Shown: positions 1 to 7,343 of the stretch, in pieces
Numbering within the stretch: position 1 is the first letter of the stretch
How the letters are laid out: the number at the start of each line of letters is the position of its first letter
Origin: a virus
Lineage: Duplodnaviria > Caudoviricetes
Virus record (IMG/VR): IMGVR_UViG_3300002986_000008
Location: 1-35,783 of that record
Reading direction: 5' to 3' (one strand)
Length of the DNA stretch: 35,783 bases
Program-made: the position numbers and the translations under genes
The notes under the pieces: generated by a model
Told to the model about the DNA's origin: nothing
The model's input: the letters and a program-made list of their open reading frames with translations, nothing else
Databases searched by the model: none

Positions 1-33
1 TCTTTTTGTATTGAAGCGGAAAGAGGTGGCTCG

Positions 34-423
34 ATGACAGATGTTACGAATGATGCTTGCAGCCGAACGCATAATGCGCTTGATAAGGAGTTAACCACTT
101 TGGACAAACGCTTAGACAACCATACAGGCGCAATTACGGATATGAAAGAGCTTTTAGTTCGCCTAACTGTTTTACAAGAGATTGCTATGAAAAATCAAGA
201 GAAGCAAAATGAAGCATTAGAGAGAATCGATAATAGAGTCCTAGATAGAACCTCCGAACGTGAAGAGAGAGAGGGAGTCATTGAAAGAGACAAGGAGGCA
301 AGGTTCTGGCAAAGTAATTTAGGGGAATGGGTTATTAAGGCAGGAACTGTCTTATTTGTCCTCATTGTGTTAGTTGCCCTCGACCAAAACATAGGTATTT
401 TAGATAAATTCTTAGGAAAGTAG
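34..423 (+). CDS. Coiled-coil protein with C-terminal TM helix (XhlA/holin-like lysis accessory)
   Basis: RBS GAGGTGG; heptad-rich N-terminus, hydrophobic C-terminal stretch (GTVLFVLIVLVAL); immediately upstream of endolysin. Confidence 0.6.
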   Translation: MTDVTNDACSRTHNALDKELTTLDKRLDNHTGAITDMKELLVRLTVLQEIAMKNQEKQNEALERIDNRVLDRTSEREEREGVIERDKEARFWQSNLGEWVIKAGTVLFVLIVLVALDQNIGILDKFLGK

Positions 424-434
424 GGGGGATTCGC

Positions 435-1091
435 ATGTCAACACCATTTAACAGAACAATCCAAGATATAGTAATCCACCACATGGGGGATGGCAAACCT
501 CCCGAAGTATCCATTCTTCAACGCTGGAATCCTTTCAACTATGATTATCCAGAGTATGACTTCGGCGTAGAAGCAGATGGAACGATCCGCAACGGTAGAC
601 CCCTCAATATTCAAGGAGCTCACACTATTTCAGATAAACCTCCTTATTCACAGAAGGGCTCCAACTGGTGGAATCAAAACTCTATCGGCATTGGCATTGC
701 TGGTGACTTCACTAAATTCCCAATGGGACAAATCCAATTTAACGCTCTAGTAGCCCTTGTAAGGCGCCTAATGTCTCAGTATGGGTTAACCCTAGACAAT
801 GTGTATCCACACGGTCAGGTGACGTATACAGACTGCCCTGGGTGTACTTATGGCAAAGTCCCTGCCCTGCATGGAATGTGGTCCTATGATGAGTTTGAAA
901 AAGCGGTATTAAACGGCCCTACAACAATCATACAAGGAGTGGTCAATGTGACTCCAGTAGTACAGGCAAAAAAGGTAATAGCACCCGATGACATTTATCT
1001 AACCGTAAGAGTTCGGGAAAGTCTCGCAGCTCAAGCCATTATCGATATCAATAAACTAGGCTTTGCAGCAAAAATAATGGAATTGGCATAA
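435..1091 (+). CDS. Endolysin, N-acetylmuramoyl-L-alanine amidase (Amidase_2)
   Basis: IVIHH, GRP...GAH, N..SIGIGIAGDF, YPHG...TDCPG motifs typical of Amidase_2. Confidence 0.9.
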   Translation: MSTPFNRTIQDIVIHHMGDGKPPEVSILQRWNPFNYDYPEYDFGVEADGTIRNGRPLNIQGAHTISDKPPYSQKGSNWWNQNSIGIGIAGDFTKFPMGQIQFNALVALVRRLMSQYGLTLDNVYPHGQVTYTDCPGCTYGKVPALHGMWSYDEFEKAVLNGPTTIIQGVVNVTPVVQAKKVIAPDDIYLTVRVRESLAAQAIIDINKLGFAAKIMELA

Positions 1092-1107
1092 GAAAGGATG
1101 ATTTTCA

Positions 1108-1293
1108 ATGGAAACTCAATCTAGACTTCGCTCATGGCCCCTTTGGACATCTATCTTCGCACTCGTCGTATTCTGTGCAAAAATGTACTTTGATTATGAG
1201 ATCCCAGGTGCTGACCAATTAGTCAATCTAGTTCTCCCTATCGTAGTGGGACTCGGTATTATCAATAATCCTTCCGACTCACAAAAGTTTTAA
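1108..1293 (+). CDS. Holin (two TM helices)
   Basis: QSRLRSWPLW...LGIINNP pattern of small Firmicutes phage holins; follows endolysin. Confidence 0.8.
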   Translation: METQSRLRSWPLWTSIFALVVFCAKMYFDYEIPGADQLVNLVLPIVVGLGIINNPSDSQKF

Positions 1294-1299
1294 CCCTTC

Positions 1300-1333
1300 G
1301 CCCCTGCTTTAATTAGTGGGGGCTTTTTATTTT
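1300..1333 (+). terminator. Rho-independent terminator of lysis operon
   Basis: GCCCCTGCT-TTAATT-AGTGGGGGC followed by TTTTTATTTT. Confidence 0.8.
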
Positions 1334-1352
1334 GCCCAAGTATAGATAAACA

Positions 1353-1381
1353 TTGCGTACCGTACCGAGCTATGATATAAT
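1353..1381 (+). promoter_or_regulatory. sigma-A promoter
   Basis: TTGCGT-17 bp-TATAAT with extended -10 TG; CGTAC direct repeats at the -35/spacer. Confidence 0.75.
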
Positions 1382-1410
1382 AAGTTAAGATCAATTTGAA
1401 GGAGGTTATT

Positions 1411-1602
1411 ATGTCAATAGCTAAAGTTACGTTAAGGTTTGATGTTCTGCCTGAAGAGAAGGAAAGACTAGAGGAAATTTGTGAGGTGCTTCATATAACT
1501 AAGATTGAGTTTTTGCGAAGATCAATGGCAGAAAATGAAGAAAAGAACAGATTGCTAGAAATGATAAATAAAAAGATTGAAGCAGGAGAAGACATATTTT
1601 AG
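1411..1602 (+). CDS. Ribbon-helix-helix-like DNA-binding protein
   Basis: ATG 1411 after GGAGG; VTLRFDV strand followed by two helices (EEKERLEEIC, TKIEFLRRSM). Confidence 0.6.
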   Translation: MSIAKVTLRFDVLPEEKERLEEICEVLHITKIEFLRRSMAENEEKNRLLEMINKKIEAGEDIF

Positions 1603-1624
1603 AGATACAGAAGGAGGAACACAA

Positions 1625-1879
1625 ATGAGTGATAATCCAAATGTAGCAAGGGAAATGCAATCTATCAGAGATTTAGCTAGAGAGATGAGAGCAGAACTAC
1701 CCGACACAATAACCCTAAAGCGCATCTACTCCACCCATTGCCAGGTATGCGGAGAATATTTTGGTAGCGGTTTCAGAATCGTTTATTTTGTCCCGCTAGA
1801 CAATAATATAGCTTGCCTAAAATGTGCAGTTGAGTCCTGCCTAAAGTTTGAGCCAAGGATATATAAGGAGGGTGAATAA
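1625..1879 (+). CDS. Small zinc-ribbon protein, unknown function
   Basis: ATG 1625 after AGGAGG; CQVC...CLKC. Confidence 0.6.
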   Translation: MSDNPNVAREMQSIRDLAREMRAELPDTITLKRIYSTHCQVCGEYFGSGFRIVYFVPLDNNIACLKCAVESCLKFEPRIYKEGE

Positions 1880-1882
1880 GTA

Positions 1883-2230
1883 ATGGCGGATGTCAGAATA
1901 GTTAGGGTCATAAGGGACCAAGATGGTAACTTTGTTAAGAGGAATAGTATCACTAAGAGCGGTAAGAACAAATATAGCTATACATCTTCTAGGACATTTT
2001 CCCGGGTATGCAGGGGTTACCTGAACGAAGAACTAGCAAAGGAAGTATTATCTGGTCTGAATGCAATGAACGACATATCTAATTTTGGAATAGTTTTTCA
2101 TATTGAGAAATTTAGTATGGATAAGACTAATGAAGAAAACGATATACCACAGTTATCACAGCTTATTAAGCAAGACCAAGAGTTTGAGGGAGAAAAGATA
2201 ATTGAAATATTTAAAACTGTGACACGCTAG
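1883..2230 (+). CDS. Hypothetical protein
   Basis: 115-aa ORF with RBS, coupled to upstream gene, followed by terminator. Confidence 0.65.
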   Translation: MADVRIVRVIRDQDGNFVKRNSITKSGKNKYSYTSSRTFSRVCRGYLNEELAKEVLSGLNAMNDISNFGIVFHIEKFSMDKTNEENDIPQLSQLIKQDQEFEGEKIIEIFKTVTR

Positions 2231-2236
2231 ACTAAT

Positions 2237-2258
2237 AAGGCCCTCCGGGGTCTTTTTT
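2237..2258 (+). terminator. Terminator between convergent genes
   Basis: AAGGCCC/GGGTCTT stem followed by T-run. Confidence 0.7.
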
Positions 2259-2685
2259 ATTTCCACTGCCACCACTTCTTCTTCCGTTGATGCTCTCGAA
2301 CGTGCTCCATCAGCAACCGATCATGCTCATCATTTCCCCTCGATAAGCTATCTATCTTCCCCTCCAATCTCACTATCTCTTCTCTAAGCGCACTTTTTAT
2401 CTCTGCTATAATGTCCAATTGAGTTTCTGCAACAACCGGTACTAAATCCCCAGCTATGGGGATTCCAAACCTCCCTTCTAACACATCTTTGATATCTTCA
2501 TAGGTTTTCCCCTCTGCATACATAGTTGACGTTATGGTCAATACTTCTACGGCTTCCTGCCCATAACGTCTTGCTCTACCTTCTCCTATGCATGGAATGA
2601 ACTCAGAAAAACGATCCCTTTGAAAAGCCCCTGTAGATTGATTTATACCCACCTTTTCACATACTTGTCTAAATGAGAGTTTCAC
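2257..2685 (-). CDS. MerR-like HTH plus coiled-coil protein with basic/aromatic C-terminus (pSK1 Par/TubY/RacA-like architecture)
   Basis: N-terminal HTH with GRARRY wing, coiled coil, C-terminal KKKWWQWK. Confidence 0.6.
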   Translation of the reverse strand: MKLSFRQVCEKVGINQSTGAFQRDRFSEFIPCIGEGRARRYGQEAVEVLTITSTMYAEGKTYEDIKDVLEGRFGIPIAGDLVPVVAETQLDIIAEIKSALREEIVRLEGKIDSLSRGNDEHDRLLMEHVREHQRKKKWWQWK

Positions 2686-2691
2686 ATTTTA

Positions 2692-2910
2692 TCAGTCCTT
2701 ACTAGTTACTTTCCCACGAGCGACCCAATTTATATATTTGCACCACTTGTCATAAATGATTATTTCCGCGCCACACCTTGAGCAAGTAACAATTATCTTT
2801 GCGCTTATTCTTTTGTCCTGCTTGTCTCCAATACTCATGTAGTCCTGAAATATTTCCAACATATAGGTATGATTGCAAAATAATTGCTTTAATTTTCTAA
2901 ATATATTAAC
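2692..2910 (-). CDS. Small Cys/His zinc-binding phage protein; start codon uncertain
   Basis: Open frame NIFRKLKQLFCNH...TCSRCG behind RBS AAGGAG; first ATG only at 2862. Confidence 0.55.
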   Translation of the reverse strand, partial: VNIFRKLKQLFCNHTYMLEIFQDYMSIGDKQDKRISAKIIVTCSRCGAEIIIYDKWCKYINWVARGKVTSKD

Positions 2911-2921
2911 ACAACTCCTTA

Positions 2922-3215
2922 TTAGTGGTCATAACCGCATAAATCACAAAGCATCTCAGCTATATAATCATACATGGATGCGGTACTCATTGTCTTAAGC
3001 TGATCTTCTGTTTTTATATGCTTATTTAATTTAGTGGATAGTTTCCTATAGATATGAATTAGGTCGTATTTCCTAGCGTTCGCTTCTCCTGTGTTATACT
3101 CTGCCGTATCTTGTAATTTTAATAAATATCCTCCACCAACTTTTTTAAGCCCCAACCAATCAGTTTTAAAGTTCACCTTGTCATTTCTTCCGGCTCTTAA
3201 TTCCTCTAATGTCAT
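2922..3215 (-). CDS. Hypothetical protein (possible ATT start at 3242)
   Basis: 97-aa ORF in leftward operon; RBS lies upstream of an in-frame ATT. Confidence 0.6.
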   Translation of the reverse strand: MTLEELRAGRNDKVNFKTDWLGLKKVGGGYLLKLQDTAEYNTGEANARKYDLIHIYRKLSTKLNKHIKTEDQLKTMSTASMYDYIAEMLCDLCGYDH

Positions 3216-3245
3216 AGTATTGGATATTGATATTCTTCTAATTTA

Positions 3246-3371
3246 TCAACACTCCTTAGTGCATATTTTACCATTCCAGAACGCACAGTCCGTATAACAA
3301 CTCCAATTATCTACACCGAGTCCCATATAACATTGCAAACGTTTTTGCATATCTTTAGGCGATTCTATCAT
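3246..3371 (-). CDS. Cys-rich 41-aa protein
   Basis: MIESPKDMQKRLQCYMG...CTKEC with RBS AAGGAG; fills gap in operon. Confidence 0.55.
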   Translation of the reverse strand: MIESPKDMQKRLQCYMGLGVDNWSCYTDCAFWNGKICTKEC

Positions 3372-3374
3372 TTA

Positions 3375-3761
3375 TCAACACTCCTTTAATAATTCTGAAG
3401 TCTCATAGATATTACCGATTATTTCAACACTTCTAAAGATGTTCTGAAATTCAATCCAATTCCAATTTCCAAACCAAAGAATGCCACTTCTCCACAAAAC
3501 TTTATCGGTGAATAAATCTTCATTGTGCTTCAACGCCTTGATAATATCACCCTCGTAAATTTCCTTACCATTCTTATCCTTTAACCCTGTGTATTGGCCG
3601 ACTGTGTTTTTGTCTATCTCGTTATGCTGGTATTGTCCGTAAGAATACCCATTTATAAAATACCTACTTCTTTCCTGATTTAATAAAGGTATTTCTAAAT
3701 TACCATATAACCATTTGCCATTTATCTTGTCTCTGCCACGAAACTTAATCTCTCTACTCAT
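3375..3761 (-). CDS. YopX family protein
   Basis: MSREIKFRG...VGQYTGLKDKNGKEIYEGDI...EIIGNIYE signature. Confidence 0.92.
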   Translation of the reverse strand: MSREIKFRGRDKINGKWLYGNLEIPLLNQERSRYFINGYSYGQYQHNEIDKNTVGQYTGLKDKNGKEIYEGDIIKALKHNEDLFTDKVLWRSGILWFGNWNWIEFQNIFRSVEIIGNIYETSELLKEC

Positions 3762-3773
3762 TTATCAACACTC

Positions 3774-3977
3774 CTATCTACTGAATAGTTCATAAAAATC
3801 TCTGCCAAGGGCAACGCATATTTTATGTGCAGTCCTTGGAGTTGGAACAGGTACTCCCTTCTCCATCCTGCTTATAGTGGAGTTGTTTACTCCTGCCTTA
3901 AGGGCTAGTTTACGTTGGCTTAATCCCTGCTCTAATCTTATTGCTATTAGTACGTCAACATCTGCTTTAACACTCAT
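3774..3977 (-). CDS. XRE-family HTH regulator
   Basis: GLSQRKLALKAGVNNSTISRMEKG. Confidence 0.88.
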   Translation of the reverse strand: MSVKADVDVLIAIRLEQGLSQRKLALKAGVNNSTISRMEKGVPVPTPRTAHKICVALGRDFYELFSR

Positions 3978-3990
3978 TGATCAACACTCC

Positions 3991-4009
3991 TTATTCATAG
4001 TTATCCACG
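3991..4009 (+). promoter_or_regulatory. Two tandem DnaA-box-like sites
   Basis: TTATTCATA (3991) and TTATCCACG (4001), each 8/9 to TTATNCACA. Confidence 0.4.
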
Positions 4010-4478
4010 TAATACCCAAGCAATCCGGTGGAGGGAGACGAAGAAGGACAAAGTACGCTCCTTCACCAAAAGAAAGTAAGATAATTCCTACAATCCAATG
4101 ATGAAAGAAGCGTAAATTAAGTTATCCGTTTGTCGGTCGCTTTAGATATCTCAAAACTCGTTCATACGTTGCTCTCACAAATATATCCTACTATTTCAGT
4201 CTGCCCAAATAGTTGTGTGTGAATATACCTCATCTAACACGGTTCCTTACTCCATGTTAGCCAGACCCTCCAGCCCGATGCTATTCTAATGGCCGCAAGT
4301 TGCCGACATAGCTTCAGTACTATAACGAGTAATAGCTCCACTACGCCACCAGTTTGTTTATTAGGGGCCGGTAACCCCATAGATTTTTAAGTGTTCTTCT
4401 ATGTCCACTAGACAAACAACAAAGCGAGCAAACCACTCATGTTGGCCTACTCGCTCGAAAAATGTCATATATTTATAC

Positions 4479-4507
4479 TTGCTCTAAGTTCTCTTAGAGG
4501 TTATAAT
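4479..4507 (+). promoter_or_regulatory. sigma-A promoter of antisense RNA
   Basis: TTGCTC-17 bp-TATAAT; inverted repeat CTCTAAG/CTTAGAG overlapping the -35 and spacer. Confidence 0.75.
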
Positions 4508-4513
4508 TACATT

Positions 4514-4590
4514 AACGGTTTTTCCTGCTGAGACAGGTTAAACATCAGAAGTCCTCTTTCGTGTCTAGCGAAAGGGGGCTTTGTATTTAT
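4514..4590 (+). ncRNA. ~75-nt antisense (counter-transcript) RNA
   Basis: Promoter, small hairpin CCTG/CAGG, 13-bp terminator stem 4549-4581 with T-rich tail; no ORF. Confidence 0.6.
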
Positions 4591-4638
4591 GTAGTTTTTC
4601 AAGCGAAAACGCTTGTTAATGTTTTAATATACACTTAT

Positions 4639-4667
4639 ATTATATCATCTAATAGTAGGCATGTCCA
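4639..4667 (-). promoter_or_regulatory. sigma-A promoter of leftward leader/operon
   Basis: Minus strand TGGACA-17 bp-TATAAT with extended -10 TG. Confidence 0.75.
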
Positions 4668-4733
4668 ACAAAATTAGTTAAATAAAAGCCCTCGGCTCTC
4701 ACAAGCTGGGGGCATAACTATTTTAAGTATGAA

Positions 4734-4943
4734 TTAGCTATAAGCCTTATAAATATGCACTAAAACCCCTACACAGTACAAGCATAAAGCCACTTTAGCA
4801 AAGCAGGCTATCTTATGCTTACAGCCGAGGCCCTTCTTCTTCCTTGATTTTGCGTATTCCGCAAGATATCTTCGATCAACTAACACCTTTTCTCCGATAA
4901 CAACCCACTTAACATCGTCCAGTTTGCAAACAATAATTTCCAT
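4734..4943 (-). CDS. Small protein with C-terminal hydrophobic segment, LexA-box controlled
   Basis: RBS AAGGAG; 69 aa; downstream of repressor. Confidence 0.6.
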   Translation of the reverse strand: MEIIVCKLDDVKWVVIGEKVLVDRRYLAEYAKSRKKKGLGCKHKIACFAKVALCLYCVGVLVHIYKAYS

Positions 4944-4974
4944 CCTTGCATCTCCTTAAATTTTGCTTATTACA

Positions 4975-4988
4975 CGAACATATGTTTT
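4975..4988. promoter_or_regulatory. LexA (Cheo/SOS) box
   Basis: CGAACATATGTTTT matches Firmicutes GAAC-N4-GTTY; lies just downstream of a minus-strand TGnTATGAT -10 (5001-5009). Confidence 0.7.
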
Positions 4989-5094
4989 GTTATGGTCATA
5001 ATCATATCACTATATTAAGTTTAAGTTAAGTAACGATTTCAGACTTAAAACGACAAAAAGCCAACATTACGTCAGCCTTTCTCTGATTATTCAA

Positions 5095-5484
5095 CTATTT
5101 CTTTAGAGTATCCATCATTATCTTGATATTATCAAACATTACCTGTAGTGATTCAGGGGATATCCCTTGTTCGCTCATTTGTTTGGCTAGAACGATGTAA
5201 GGGAGTTTGTCTTGCGATGTAATGAATTCCAATATATCTGCTGGGGGATCATAACCACTCACCTTAGACAGCTCAGTGAAGGTCGTGGCGTTATCATCGA
5301 GAAAGAACGCTGCATCGACTGACAGCGCCTTGGCGATCCTCTCAAGGCTTTTCATAGCGGGCCTTTTCTTCGAATTTTCAATATCTGATAGATAAGGGAT
5401 CGACAGGCCGCATAGTTTAGATAAATCGGAGAGCGTTAATTGCCTAAGCTCTCTAGAATATTTAAACTTTTCTCCATACTTCAT
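5095..5484 (-). CDS. Phage immunity repressor (cI-like, XRE HTH, no peptidase domain)
   Basis: ATG 5484 after GGAGGTG; LTLSDLSKLCGLSIPYLSDIENSK HTH; divergent from cro-like gene. Confidence 0.85.
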   Translation of the reverse strand: MKYGEKFKYSRELRQLTLSDLSKLCGLSIPYLSDIENSKKRPAMKSLERIAKALSVDAAFFLDDNATTFTELSKVSGYDPPADILEFITSQDKLPYIVLAKQMSEQGISPESLQVMFDNIKIMMDTLKK

Positions 5485-5500
5485 CTTTAGCACCTCCAAT

Positions 5501-5698
5501 TTATCATATAGTTAGAATACGGAATAACCCTTTTACTATACATCATAACAAGATACAACGTCATGGCAAAAAAATCCTTTTAGCTATTAGTTAAATTCTT
5601 TGCGTAAACTATTGACTATTTATCAAATAGAGAATATACTATGGATATCAGCTAGAAACAAGCGCATCACAGTGCTTTGAAAGTTAGCTATATGATAA
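5501..5698. promoter_or_regulatory. Four 15-bp operator-like pseudo-palindromes and rightward promoter
   Basis: TTATCATATAGTTAG (5501), TTAGCTATTAGTTAA (5580), TTATCAAATAGAGAA (5620), TTAGCTATATGATAA (5684); TTGACT-17-TATACT at 5612-5640. Confidence 0.7.
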
Positions 5699-5719
5699 CA
5701 GAGGTGGTGTAATTTAACA

Positions 5720-5935
5720 ATGAATTTAAAACTCGAAAAGCAAAGCATTGGCGAGAATGTCAGAGGCTATCGCAAGAAGCGTGGATTAGAACAAAAGGAA
5801 GTTGCAATGCTTACTGGGCTATCATGCCCGACAATCTCCAACATTGAGCTGAACAAGAAGGTTCCGTCCATTAAAACTCTGATTAAAGTGTCTCATGCTC
5901 TGAAATGTAAGGTAACGGATCTGATGCAGTATTAA
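5720..5935 (+). CDS. Cro-like XRE regulator
   Basis: GLEQKEVAMLTGLSCPTISNIELNK HTH; first rightward gene. Confidence 0.85.
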   Translation: MNLKLEKQSIGENVRGYRKKRGLEQKEVAMLTGLSCPTISNIELNKKVPSIKTLIKVSHALKCKVTDLMQY

Positions 5936-5942
5936 AAGGAGG

Positions 5943-6320
5943 GTGCTTATGGGAAAATTGATAATCGAAATTGATCCAAGTTGTGATTCCCTAAACATAA
6001 GGGTAAGCGGAGGAATTATCACAATCAGTAAGGATACGCAAGTCGCCACCCCAAAGGAAATCCCTTCCCCGAAGGAAAAAGAATTCCCAGCCCAACTTTT
6101 CATGAAGGAAGTCCCTGTAGCATTTTCCTACGGAAGTTACATCAGAAAGGGCAGGAAGTCAAAGGGGTGGACGCTAGGAGAACTTGGGAGGAAAACCGGC
6201 TTATCGATATCATACCTTTCGGAAGCTGAGAGAGACGTAAGCGAAATGAGCATAAAAAGTGCCAAAAAATGTTCAGACGCTCTAGGTATTAAGATGGCTG
6301 ACTTATTTAAAAAAGATTAA
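5943..6320 (+). CDS. Protein with C-terminal XRE HTH
   Basis: GWTLGELGRKTGLSISYLSEAERD. Confidence 0.8.
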   Translation: MLMGKLIIEIDPSCDSLNIRVSGGIITISKDTQVATPKEIPSPKEKEFPAQLFMKEVPVAFSYGSYIRKGRKSKGWTLGELGRKTGLSISYLSEAERDVSEMSIKSAKKCSDALGIKMADLFKKD

Positions 6321-6333
6321 AGGAGTGTTTTGG

Positions 6334-6687
6334 ATGAAAGTAACTAGTTTATCAGACTTCGCTAAATCTAGTGGTAGAAAGGATCTCACATCCTTCGCAA
6401 TTGGAGTTATCAAGATGGTCGCAAGAGATTGCAGCTACACGGATGCCGAGAAAGTCCAAGAAATTAAGGAAACCCTTTCCTCTCTGGAACAGGTCAGAAA
6501 CGATGATTCCCTCCCATGGAACTATGAGGACGCGCAAAAGGCCGATGCGCTAACACCGGCCCAGGATAAATTTCAACAATTGCAGTTTACCACACTTGAT
6601 GCAGTTATGGAAGGAATTCCTGTACCGTGGACCATAGATGATTTACCCAACTGGACACCAGAGAACATCCAACGGAATGAAGCATGA
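6334..6687 (+). CDS. Hypothetical early protein
   Basis: ATG 6334 after AAGGAG; in operon. Confidence 0.6.
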   Translation: MKVTSLSDFAKSSGRKDLTSFAIGVIKMVARDCSYTDAEKVQEIKETLSSLEQVRNDDSLPWNYEDAQKADALTPAQDKFQQLQFTTLDAVMEGIPVPWTIDDLPNWTPENIQRNEA

Positions 6688-6783
6688 ATTATACGCAAAC
6701 TGTTTTCTTAGCCCACTACATGCCGATTGTAACAGCGTTCTGGATCGCTTGTCAGGCGTATTCAATTAAAAGGAGGAAGTCAA

Positions 6784-7101
6784 ATGCGACAGAGATCAAG
6801 TGTAACACTCCAACCGTTGCCAACACTCAAGGAAGCAGTAGGAATATTGCTTAATGCTTATATGTCGGATCAAGGTTACGCCGAGTTCTACGATTTAACG
6901 AAGGTTATCTACTCTGAGAAGCATGAGGACATCGTCAAGGAATTGATCTACCAGGCAGAGGGGATTAACCATGAGGCCATGATTTCAGAGGGCTTGTGCC
7001 CTGAGTGTGGGAGTCGACTTATCTACAAGCGAAGTCTTTTCCGTCTTGACTGTAGTAATGCTGAGTGCGCTTTATCTTATAACGTGGAGGTGGCGAGCTG
7101 A
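6784..7101 (+). CDS. Hypothetical protein with C-terminal zinc ribbon
   Basis: RBS AGGAGG; CPECG...CSNAEC. Confidence 0.65.
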   Translation: MRQRSSVTLQPLPTLKEAVGILLNAYMSDQGYAEFYDLTKVIYSEKHEDIVKELIYQAEGINHEAMISEGLCPECGSRLIYKRSLFRLDCSNAECALSYNVEVAS

Positions 7102-7343
7102 TGAGCATAAACGAAGGAACAGACCGTGATTACGAGGAGCGAATGAATCTAGGCATACCTCAAGAAGATAACGAGGATAGATTAAGACGCCAACTTGATA
7201 AGGCGTTGGACATAATCGGAAGTTCCATAATTGGGACACCGTGCCCCAGCGATTACGACAGCGAATTAAAAGATACCAAAGAGCACGGAGTGTGTATCGA
7301 TTGCCGAGAGTGCTGGAAAAAAGCGTTGGAGGAGATGGAATAA
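7101..7343 (+). CDS. Hypothetical Cys-containing protein
   Basis: Coupled TGATG junction; PCP...CIDCRECW. Confidence 0.6.
   Translation: MSINEGTDRDYEERMNLGIPQEDNEDRLRRQLDKALDIIGSSIIGTPCPSDYDSELKDTKEHGVCIDCRECWKKALEEME

Larger units (their letters stand above)
3241..3991 (-). repeat. Four copies of gene-junction motif AGGAGTGTTGATAAAT
   Basis: Identical 16-mers at 3241-3256, 3370-3385, 3760-3775; one-mismatch copy at 3976-3991. Confidence 0.85.
3992..4632 (-). ncRNA. Long structured non-coding leader RNA (candidate replication primer/origin)
   Basis: No convincing ORF; hairpins at 4423-4455, 4364-4378 and 4234-4260 pair fully only on the minus strand through G-U pairs; promoter at 4639-4667. 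Confidence 0.5.

Noticed and set aside
3877-4101. 74-aa plus-strand ORF as a Rep protein
   Set aside because: Mostly antisense to the XRE gene, no RBS, no recognisable motif
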